From Myxococcales bacterium (lineage in GTDB: Bacteria > Myxococcota_A > Polyangia > Polyangiales > DASUME01): a DNA stretch of 64,000 nucleotides. Below are positions 56,705 to 64,000 of this stretch, piece by piece (the stretch's first letter is position 1; every line of letters starts with the position of its first letter). The stretch is from positions 1,088,001 to 1,152,000 of the forward strand of contig JASGJH010000001.1 of NCBI GenBank assembly GCA_047601445.1, in the 5' to 3' direction. The position numbers were made by a program, and so were the translations under genes. The notes under the pieces are model-generated. The model had not been told where the DNA came from. It was given only the letters and a program-made list of their open reading frames with translations, and ran no database searches.

Positions 56705-57664
56705 TCAGCGCGGGATTACCCAGATTTCCGTCGTGCTTCCCACGAAATCCTCATCGAGAACCTTCAAGCTGAGCTCGAAGTTCGCGGCGCCTGCCGGCAC
56801 CTGCGTCATCAGATCGATCGAAAGCGCGGGATACCCGTAGGCAGCAGGATTGGGCACGGGTGGTTCGAGCGAGGCACCGGCCACCGATGGCATCAGCACG
56901 GTAGGCACAGAGCTCCCCATGTGACTCAGCTCGAAGGCACTGTACTGCCAGCGCTTGGTGACGGGGGCCCCCGGCGCTTCTCGGTATTCCACCAAGAGGT
57001 GATCATCCCAGCCCAGAGCCTTGGCCCCATCGGCGCTGCCCGCGAGCAAGAGCTGCGCGCAGTCACCGTTGTCTGGCACCAGCCCCTCCGCGACCACGTA
57101 GACCGATCGGTTGCCTCCTGCATAGTTGGAACTTCCCGCGTACTCAGGAAGAGGACTCTTGTTGAGACTGGTCACTTGCGAGGGCACGGCCTGCACGATT
57201 CGAGACGGGGCCTTGCAGCTGGCGGGGGTGGCCATGCCGCAGTCGAGCAGATCAGCCGGCACGGAAGCTCGTGCAGTCCAGGGTGGTCTGGCGAGCTCGA
57301 TGCCTGGTTCACCCGAGTCTGTAACCGAGACGGACATTCCGCCTGACTCGCAAACCGTGTGCGTCGCCTCGGTAGCGCCATCACCCCAGCGAAACGTGTA
57401 GGGTGCCGCACCTCCGCTTGCGATGGCCGTGATCGTCGCGCACTCCCCGTCGCAACCCACTTTCTCGAACCTCACGACCAGCCCCGCCGAGGCGTCTCCG
57501 TCTCCGTTGGTGGAGGATTCCTGATTCGTCCCGTCCTCCGCATCGGTATCATCGCCGTCGCCGGCAGGCGTCTCCACGTCGCGGCCACCGCCTGCATCGC
57601 TCGCACCACAGGAGAACAGGAGAGCTGCGAGCACCACCACCGGCATCCACCTCAGGCCAACCAT
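56705..57664 (-). CDS. lipoprotein with SprB/PKD-like Ig domain and a unique C-terminal domain
   Basis: Lipobox LLFSC, acidic linker, ASGGAAPYTFRWGDG...VSVTD. Confidence 0.8.
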   Translation of the reverse strand: MVGLRWMPVVVLAALLFSCGASDAGGGRDVETPAGDGDDTDAEDGTNQESSTNGDGDASAGLVVRFEKVGCDGECATITAIASGGAAPYTFRWGDGATEATHTVCESGGMSVSVTDSGEPGIELARPPWTARASVPADLLDCGMATPASCKAPSRIVQAVPSQVTSLNKSPLPEYAGSSNYAGGNRSVYVVAEGLVPDNGDCAQLLLAGSADGAKALGWDDHLLVEYREAPGAPVTKRWQYSAFELSHMGSSVPTVLMPSVAGASLEPPVPNPAAYGYPALSIDLMTQVPAGAANFELSLKVLDEDFVGSTTEIWVIPR

Positions 57665-57795
57665 GATAAGCCTCCTCCGGGCCTCGGAACGGCACGCGGA
57701 CTCGGACGCATCGCGAAGCCGTCCCAAGCCAAGCGCGGCTGGGGTGGGTTCTGAAGCGCCGTCACCTCCAATCTCTGCAACCAGCGAACCTTTCC

Positions 57796-58749
57796 TTGAG
57801 TAGCGCCCGTCGAATTCAGCTCTGGCCCCTCGTGGTGTTCTGCGGCATCGCCGTGGTCACCCTGGCCTGGCTCCCGCACGCGCGTGCGCAGGAGGCCCCT
57901 CCAGGGGCGCCTTCGCGTTCAGCATGGGCGCGCGCCCTGGCGGTGGAGCCGGGCGCGAGCTGTCTGGTGCACGCGCAGCTGGTGGATCACGTCGCGACCT
58001 GGCTCGGGGCTCGCTCACCCGGCGCCGAGCTCCATGTGGTGGTGCGGGGTGATGCCGAGCGACCGCAGCGCGTCAGTGTGCTCATGCAGCGGGGAGAGCG
58101 CAGCTACCGCCGCGACTTCGAGTCGACCCCGGAGCGGTGCGCGGATCGCCACGCGGTCATTGGACTTGCCGTCGCGATGGCCATCGATGCGGAGCTCGCA
58201 ACGGGTCTCGGCGACGCGCCGGAGCACCGAGTGTCGCCTGTCAGACGAAACCTCGAGCTCCAGGTTGGCCTGGGCTACGGCGTCTTGCCTACGCTCTCCG
58301 TCGGGCCTCAGGTCGGCACGGTGTTCGGGCTCAGTTCCTGGCTGAGCGTGCGCATGGACGCTCTCGCGCAGTTCTGGCCCCGCAACTCGCTCACGGACAG
58401 CCATGGGACCTTCGACGCCATGCTCTTCGCCGGTTCGCTCCAGCTCCTCGCCGGCGGAAGCGCGGGCACCAAGGCACACCTGAGCTTGGGCGGCGGCCTG
58501 GCCGTGGGAGCCGTGCATGCCCGAGGACGCGGCTACGCGCCGAGCCGGACGGCCACCGCCCCCTGGCTGGCCTTGCGCGTTGGGCTCCGTGCGGAGCTTC
58601 GATCCGCGCTCCCGTGGGTGCTCGAGGTCTCCGCGATTGCGCCAGTGATTTCACACGCTTTCGAGGCGGGGGCTGGCGCTGAGCGACGCCGTGAAGCCGA
58701 GAGTCCCCTGGGAGTGCTGGTCCACACTGGGCCCAGTTTCTCGTTCTAA
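57796..58749 (+). CDS. exported protein with probable C-terminal beta-barrel-like region
   Basis: Signal ending ARA, a Cys pair (SCL...RC), Gly/aromatic alternating strands, terminal SFSF; TAATG overlap with the sigma gene. Confidence 0.7.
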   Translation: MSSARRIQLWPLVVFCGIAVVTLAWLPHARAQEAPPGAPSRSAWARALAVEPGASCLVHAQLVDHVATWLGARSPGAELHVVVRGDAERPQRVSVLMQRGERSYRRDFESTPERCADRHAVIGLAVAMAIDAELATGLGDAPEHRVSPVRRNLELQVGLGYGVLPTLSVGPQVGTVFGLSSWLSVRMDALAQFWPRNSLTDSHGTFDAMLFAGSLQLLAGGSAGTKAHLSLGGGLAVGAVHARGRGYAPSRTATAPWLALRVGLRAELRSALPWVLEVSAIAPVISHAFEAGAGAERRREAESPLGVLVHTGPSFSF

Positions 58750-59372
58750 TGCACTTTCTTCGACGCAGGGGCGAAGGATCCCGTAGCTCGTTCCAGGAAC
58801 CTAAGGTGACTCAGGCATCGTCGGAGCCGAGCCCGGCCATCGACACGGAGACTCTCTTCGTTCGCTACGCGACCTTCGTCGCCACGTTTCTCTTTCGGCT
58901 CGGTGCCCGCCAGCAAGATTTGGACGACCTCGTGCAAGAGGTCTTCGTGGCCGCCCATCGCCGCGGCGGCTACCTGCCGGGTGCCGCCAGCCCCACTTCC
59001 TGGCTCGCTCGACTGGCCCTGGAAGCCCGCCTCGCAGACAGGCGAAGCCACTCCCGCTGGCAACGAACTCACCACGACGACCTCGCGCCACAGCAGTTGG
59101 TGGCTAGCAGCGCATCGACGCCCGAGTACGATCTCCAAACGCGCCAGGCGGCCCTTCGCATGCAGCAAGCCCTCGACACCATGGATCCCCGCACGCGGGC
59201 CATCTTCGTGCTCTTCGAGATCGAGGGGCAGAGCTGTGAGTCGATTGCTGCGGCGCTCGAGCTCAAGGTCGGCACCGTCTACTCGCGCTTGCACGGCGCA
59301 CGCAAGACGTTCTTCGCCTTCACGCGAGAAGCGCAGGAAGCGCCCTCACTCAGCGGGAGCAAAACGCCATGA
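58749..59372 (+). CDS. ECF RNA polymerase sigma factor
   Basis: Region 2 DLDDLVQEVF...SWL; region 4 RAIFVLFEIEGQSCESIAAALELKVGTVYSRLHGAR. Confidence 0.93.
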   Translation: MHFLRRRGEGSRSSFQEPKVTQASSEPSPAIDTETLFVRYATFVATFLFRLGARQQDLDDLVQEVFVAAHRRGGYLPGAASPTSWLARLALEARLADRRSHSRWQRTHHDDLAPQQLVASSASTPEYDLQTRQAALRMQQALDTMDPRTRAIFVLFEIEGQSCESIAAALELKVGTVYSRLHGARKTFFAFTREAQEAPSLSGSKTP

Positions 59373-60286
59373 GCCGTCCACCCACTCGGTTGATCGAGGA
59401 CGCGGGTCTCGCTCCAGAGGAGCGCGCATTGCTCGAAGCCGCGCGCATCACGGCTCCGGTTCAGTACGATGTCGGTGCCGGCGCCGTGCGCTTGTCAGCC
59501 ACGCTCCGGCATCTCGACACCGCAGCCGGTGCGGCAGGTAGCGTGCCTCAGGCCACGTCCGTGATGTCGCTTGCGAAGCTCGTGTCGGTGGTGTTGTCCG
59601 TGGCGGGCCTCGGCGCGGTCGTCTGGTTCAGCGTCACCCCACCACCGCGCTCCAGCCCCGAGCCCATGCGAGCGGCTGCAGATGAGGGGAGGACGACCGA
59701 GCCAGGTCCTTCGTTCGAGCCGACCACCGAGTCCATGGCGCCGCAGTCGGCCGAGGGCCCGACACCGCTCCATGTCGGTTCACCGACTCGGGCGCGAGAA
59801 ACCAGCCGTGCCGTGCGTGTGCGGACGCTTCCGAGAGCCTCGACGCTGCCAGATGAGAACCGGGTTGCTCCGGGATCTGCCCAATCCGCGTCTACGGCCG
59901 TGGACACGTCGAGGTCACGCAGCGCGACTCCGATGACAAGCTCGTCCGCGGAGCCCCCCGACGCCGCACTAGCTGCAGAGCACTCCATGGATCCCGGCAC
60001 GGCTGCGCCATCGCCCACCGCCAACCCGAGCGACGAGATGCTCGGCGTCGTGCGGGCGCGACAGCTGGTTCGTAGCCAGCCGCAGGCCGCCTTGACACTG
60101 CTTCGGAGTCTCGAGCGTAGCCATCCCGAGGGGTACTTCCTGGAAGAGCGCAGGGCGCTGATGGTGTTTGCCCTCGCAGCCCAGGGCGAACCGAAGCAGG
60201 CCCAGGAGCGAGCGGCCAGCTTCCTGCGAGCTTATCCCCACAGTGCGTTCGCCGACCGCGTCCGTTCAGCCACGGCGAACCGATGA
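59369..60286 (+). CDS. putative transmembrane anti-sigma factor with Pro/Ser-rich linker and C-terminal TPR-like domain
   Basis: ATGA overlap with the sigma gene; short cytoplasmic N-terminus, one TM, low-complexity linker, HPEGYFLEER...FLRAYPHS. Confidence 0.8.
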   Translation: MSRPPTRLIEDAGLAPEERALLEAARITAPVQYDVGAGAVRLSATLRHLDTAAGAAGSVPQATSVMSLAKLVSVVLSVAGLGAVVWFSVTPPPRSSPEPMRAAADEGRTTEPGPSFEPTTESMAPQSAEGPTPLHVGSPTRARETSRAVRVRTLPRASTLPDENRVAPGSAQSASTAVDTSRSRSATPMTSSSAEPPDAALAAEHSMDPGTAAPSPTANPSDEMLGVVRARQLVRSQPQAALTLLRSLERSHPEGYFLEERRALMVFALAAQGEPKQAQERAASFLRAYPHSAFADRVRSATANR

Positions 60287-61215
60287 CCCGAGGTCGCCTC
60301 GTCCTGCGCGCCGTCATCCTGCTGCTGGTCGCGGGCTGCTCGGCCGGTCCCTTCATCCTCAACGTCGGCGAAGAACCCCAGGAGGCGCCAGCGCCGACGC
60401 ACGAACCGCCGATGCAGGACGGCGGTAGCGCCGAGGCGCTGGAGATCCACCTCGAAGACCGACAGGGACGCGAGATCGAAGCTGAGAGCTCGCGCTGCGC
60501 AGGGGACTGCGTCGACGTCCAAGCCATTCCTGAGGGCGGCTACCCACCCTATACCTTCCGCTGGGAAGATGGTTCGACCAGCGCCAAGCGTCGCATCTGC
60601 CCCGGTGCGTCGGCCGCGTATCAGGTGGCCGTCACGGATCATGGCGTCGACGCCCCCGAGCTCGACAGCGCTCCGCAGACCGTTCGCGCGGCCTTCTCCG
60701 TGGAGGTTCGTTCATGCACCCAGGAGGTCTCCGACGCGGGTCCGTCAGCCTGCGCAATAACTCTAGCCGGCCAGAGTACAGCGAACGACCTTGCGACAGT
60801 CGACCCGGAGGGGGGCACCGTGAGCTACTTTCGCGGGGGCGCCACGCTGCCGGCGGGCAAATATCGCGTCGAGTATGTCGACGGCTGCATGAGATGGGGC
60901 CCCGACGTACTGGGCTTCGGATGGACCATTCACGCCAACGCGAATCACGGCGAGCCCGGTGGCGTTTGTCAGCTCGTCGGCGCCACCCACGACGACGTCA
61001 TCGCGACTCTGCCCGGAGTCAACCAGAGCCCCGGCTATGCCACCTACGACGCATGCGTCGCCGCCAATCGAGGCATCGCGCCGCTGGAGTTCGACTTCGC
61101 CGGAGGCAAGCTCGGCGCATGGGTCTACGATGTGAATCCAGCAGGCAACCTCGGGGGCGAAGGCCAAGGCGCGTGCGGCGTGAGCCCCACGTGGCGACTC
61201 ATCGCGCTGGAGTAG
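60283..61215 (+). CDS. lipoprotein with SprB/PKD-like Ig domain and Cys-containing C-terminal domain
   Basis: Lipobox VAGC, ATGA overlap, EGGYPPYTFRWEDG...VAVTD. Confidence 0.82.
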   Translation: MTRGRLVLRAVILLLVAGCSAGPFILNVGEEPQEAPAPTHEPPMQDGGSAEALEIHLEDRQGREIEAESSRCAGDCVDVQAIPEGGYPPYTFRWEDGSTSAKRRICPGASAAYQVAVTDHGVDAPELDSAPQTVRAAFSVEVRSCTQEVSDAGPSACAITLAGQSTANDLATVDPEGGTVSYFRGGATLPAGKYRVEYVDGCMRWGPDVLGFGWTIHANANHGEPGGVCQLVGATHDDVIATLPGVNQSPGYATYDACVAANRGIAPLEFDFAGGKLGAWVYDVNPAGNLGGEGQGACGVSPTWRLIALE

Positions 61216-61247
61216 GGGCTCGGTTCGGCGCGAGCAGGGTTCGCCCC

Positions 61248-61874
61248 TCAGCCGAACTTCGGCTGCGTGCTCTGCCAGGACTCGAGGGCCTCGATGGACT
61301 GCAGCCAGCGCATCACGTGCGCGAAAGGCGCCAGCGGCACCTGTGCCGGAATGCGATACATGAGTGTGCAGGCCAGCGACAGGTCGGCCACCGTGAGGCG
61401 CTCACCGGTCACGAAGGGACGCTCCGCGAGTTGCTCGTCAAGCACAGCGCCGAAGCGCGTGAGCTCCGTGCGAGCGTGCGCGAGCTTCTGTTCGTCGGGC
61501 GTGCCATTACCCGTGAACACCTTCTTCAGCAGGTTTTCCCAGTTGAACGTGCCGACCGCCGGCGCGAAGTGGGCCAGGTTCCAACACTGCCAGCGCAGGA
61601 CGTCGGCGCGACCGCGTTCGTCGCGGGGCAAGAGTCCCGCATCGGGCTTTTTGGTCGCCAGGTACTGCATGATCGCGTTCGATTCCCAGAGCGTGAAGTC
61701 CCCGTCGACCAGCGTGGGGATCTTGCGATTGGGGTTGAGCGTGCCGTACTCGGCCGTCGTCAAGTCGCCTCGCTTGAAGTCGATCACAATCTCCTCTGCA
61801 CTGAGACCGAGTTGACGCAGGGTGACAATGGCGCGGCGCCCATTGGGCGATGCATTGTGGTAGTAGAGCTTCAT
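61248..61874 (-). CDS. glutathione S-transferase family protein
   Basis: SPNG, LNPNRKIPTLVDG, LWESNAIMQYLA, GERLTVADL. Confidence 0.95.
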   Translation of the reverse strand: MKLYYHNASPNGRRAIVTLRQLGLSAEEIVIDFKRGDLTTAEYGTLNPNRKIPTLVDGDFTLWESNAIMQYLATKKPDAGLLPRDERGRADVLRWQCWNLAHFAPAVGTFNWENLLKKVFTGNGTPDEQKLAHARTELTRFGAVLDEQLAERPFVTGERLTVADLSLACTLMYRIPAQVPLAPFAHVMRWLQSIEALESWQSTQPKFG

Positions 61875-61897
61875 CGCAGTTCCTCCACGGTTCGAGA

Positions 61898-62212
61898 TCA
61901 CGTCGCACCCTTTCTAGCCTGACGCGCTTCGCGTTCCAGGCGCAGCTTGCGCTGCTCGGGCGTCTCCGACACCTTGCGGAGCGCTGCGACACGCTCGCTG
62001 AATTCGTCGGCACCGATTTCCCCCAAAGCGTAGCGATCGGCGAGCACCTTCATGGCGCCGAGCGTGGTTTCGTCGGGCGAAGGGAAGGCCACGTCGTACC
62101 ACCAGGGCTTGCCACCGGCGCTGCGACCGAACGCGGCGCCGCTCGCAACCCCGAGCCCGTAGCCCAGCAGAAGCGCGGTCGCGACGATGGCGAGAAAGAT
62201 CCAAATGCTCAT
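61898..62212 (-). CDS. SHOCT-domain membrane protein
   Basis: N-terminal TM; AMKVLADRYALGEIGADEFSERVAAL is a SHOCT signature. Confidence 0.82.
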   Translation of the reverse strand: MSIWIFLAIVATALLLGYGLGVASGAAFGRSAGGKPWWYDVAFPSPDETTLGAMKVLADRYALGEIGADEFSERVAALRKVSETPEQRKLRLEREARQARKGAT

Positions 62213-62252
62213 GGAACTGGCTTCGACGACGAGGGTGGAAGGGATCATGGCG

Positions 62253-62296
62253 GTCAACCTAAGCTTGACGCCGCGGCTCGTCAAGTTAAGATTGAC
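62253..62296. promoter_or_regulatory. two GTCAA-N7-TTGAC inverted-repeat operators
   Basis: GTCAACCTAAGCTTGAC 62253-62269 and GTCAAGTTAAGATTGAC 62280-62296 in the divergent gap. Confidence 0.75.
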
Positions 62297-62299
62297 AGC

Positions 62300-62605
62300 G
62301 TGACGTCGAAGCTCGATAAGCCACGACAACGCATGCGCGAGCTGCTCACGCGCACGCTGGAAGACCAAGACGCGCTCACGGCGTTGGCCGCCGCACGCGA
62401 CCTACGCCTCCTGCTGTATGAGTGGGAGGGCGTGTTGGCTCGCAAGGGCGTCGCGGACGGATCTTCGTGGGAGGAGGTCGGATCGCTGCTCGGCGTCAGC
62501 CGTCAAGCGGCGTGGACGCGCTACAAAGACCCCACCCCGGAGACCCCAGCGATCCGCGAGGCGCGCGAGCGCGTGGCGAAGGCACGCAACCGTTCCTCGG
62601 AGTGA
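62300..62605 (+). CDS. small HTH DNA-binding protein
   Basis: DALTALAAARDLR...GSSWEEVGSLLGVSRQAAWTRY. Start is GTG 62300 (or ATG 62333). Confidence 0.8.
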   Translation: MTSKLDKPRQRMRELLTRTLEDQDALTALAAARDLRLLLYEWEGVLARKGVADGSSWEEVGSLLGVSRQAAWTRYKDPTPETPAIREARERVAKARNRSSE

Positions 62606-62800
62606 ACGCCTGCCGAGCGTCGAGCGCGACGGTCGCCACCAAAATCTGAACGCCATTAGTGAGAGGCACCCAACATTTCGGGGCCTGAATCGCCCGGAGT
62701 TGGCTCATACATCGCCGAGTTAGCGGTGGCTTTGAAGCGCTACCAAGGGTACGCATGGAGCATCGCTCGAGCGCTTGCCGAGGACCGAAGTCCAAACCAA

Positions 62801-64000
62801 ATGATCGAAGTATCAAATCGAATTCCACTTGTCGTTTGCCTGCTGACAGCCCTCTTCGCGCCCGCCTGTCAATACCACCAGCCAGTGATCGAGGAAGGCG
62901 AGCTCCAGCCGTCCGAGTCGGAGTCGGAGTCGGAGTCGGAGTCCTTTGCAAAGGCGAAGACTCCCAAGCCAGACGTGCCTCCGGTTGACCCCGACGACGT
63001 GGACGTCGCGACCGATGGCCGACCCAACGTGCTCGTGGTGCTGCTCGACGACCTCGGGTACTCCGATTTCGGAACCTACGGCGGCGAGATTCGCACCCCC
63101 AACATCGACGGGCTGGCACTGAAGGGCACGCGCTTCCGCAACTACTACGTGACGCCGCGCTGCAGCCCCACACGCGCCTCGTTGCTCACTGGCCAGTACG
63201 CGCAGCAGGTGACCACGGACCCAGGTGGCTCGCTGCCGCCCTTGCGCAGCGACAACAACGCGACCGTGCCCGAGCTACTTTCCGCGGCGGGCTACCGCAC
63301 GTACATGGCCGGCAAGTGGCACCTCGGGAGCGCCGACGATCAGGTACCGCGGATGCGTGGCTTCGATCACGCATTCGGCTTCGGACCGCGAGCGGCCGGC
63401 GTCGACGGCAGCAAGTGGGACAAGAACCAATATGGTTTCGTCTCCAAGGACAACGAAATCCCCGCGCGCATCTACGGCAACGCTCCCAAGGATTTCTACC
63501 AGTCCCGGGCCATCGCAGACTACGCGCTCGACTACCTGAGCCATCACGCGGCCAAGAACGACGGCGCGCCCTTCTTCATGTACCTGTCCTTCAACGACCC
63601 CCACTTTCCGATTCAAGCGGACAGGGCCATGGCCGAGCGTGTGCCAGCGGGTGGGCAATCGTACATCGACTTCTACGCCAAGGGCTGGCAGGAAGCCCGC
63701 AGCCAGCGCTATCAACGCATGCTGGACCAAGGGGTGATCGATTCGAGCTTTGCGCTCTCGCCCACCGAGCCCTTCGAGTGGCCCGTACAGACCATCCCGA
63801 ATTGGAGCACGCTCTCGGTGGACCAACAGGCGGAATCTGGCGCGCAAGATGGCGCTCTATGCGGCATCCGTGGAGGCCGTGGACGAGGCGGTCGGTCGTG
63901 TGGTCGCCCGCCTCAAAGCGATGGGCCAGTTCAGGAACACGCTGATCTTGGTGCAGTCCGACAACGGCGGAACCAACGAGGGCGGCGTTGTCGGCACTGC
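62801..64000 (+). CDS. arylsulfatase (formylglycine-dependent) lipoprotein, 5' part; +1 indel at ~63832-63835; runs off the window edge
   Basis: Manual translation: lipobox APAC, RPNVLVVLLDDLGYSD, CSPTRASLLTG (CxPxR), GKWHLG, PFFMYLSFNDPHFP. After removing one base: LARKMALYAASVEAVDEAVGRVV...NTLILVQSDNG. Confidence 0.92.
   Translation, partial: MIEVSNRIPLVVCLLTALFAPACQYHQPVIEEGELQPSESESESESESFAKAKTPKPDVPPVDPDDVDVATDGRPNVLVVLLDDLGYSDFGTYGGEIRTPNIDGLALKGTRFRNYYVTPRCSPTRASLLTGQYAQQVTTDPGGSLPPLRSDNNATVPELLSAAGYRTYMAGKWHLGSADDQVPRMRGFDHAFGFGPRAAGVDGSKWDKNQYGFVSKDNEIPARIYGNAPKDFYQSRAIADYALDYLSHHAAKNDGAPFFMYLSFNDPHFPIQADRAMAERVPAGGQSYIDFYAKGWQEARSQRYQRMLDQGVIDSSFALSPTEPFEWPVQTIPNWSTLSVDQQAESGAQDGALCGIRGGRGRGGRSCGRPPQSDGPVQEHADLGAVRQRRNQRGRRCRHC
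62915..62944 (+). repeat. hexanucleotide tandem repeat (GAGTCG)x4 + GAGTCC encoding (ES)5
   Basis: Read directly; in frame in the sulfatase linker. Confidence 0.9.

Noticed and set aside
1..64000. Mobile elements, prophage, tRNA/rRNA, known anti-phage systems
   Set aside because: No integrase, transposase, phage structural, RT, cas or RM motifs, and no tRNA/rRNA-like sequence was recognised.

Overview
GC-rich, gene-dense chromosomal accessory region with about 50 CDS. It is most likely from a myxobacterium (Polyangiales-like Myxococcota), inferred from Cys/Gly-rich lipoproteins, D-[AG]-[GS] linkers and an ECF/TPR anti-sigma cassette. I found no rRNA, tRNA, CRISPR array, integrase or transposase. 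Content falls into four groups. (i) Lipid, isoprenoid and xenobiotic catabolic enzymes with local TetR, LysR and PadR regulators, several with operators visible in the sequence. (ii) A giant Ser/Thr-kinase-AAA-GAF-PAS-HisK-REC sensor whose kinase domain looks catalytically dead. (iii) An RND tripartite efflux operon preceded by a signal-peptide-bearing uORF ending in TGPP. (iv) Many surface or secreted proteins. These include a 1511-aa lipoprotein with 8+8 CGxxxDGCGG repeats, a candidate leukocidin/Vibrio-cytolysin-like beta-pore-forming protein, and two paralogous lipoproteins with different C-termini bracketing an ECF sigma/anti-sigma operon. Four genes carry single-base frameshifts in short homopolymers, most simply explained as long-read assembly indels. 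All family assignments come from motif recognition by eye; no searches were run.
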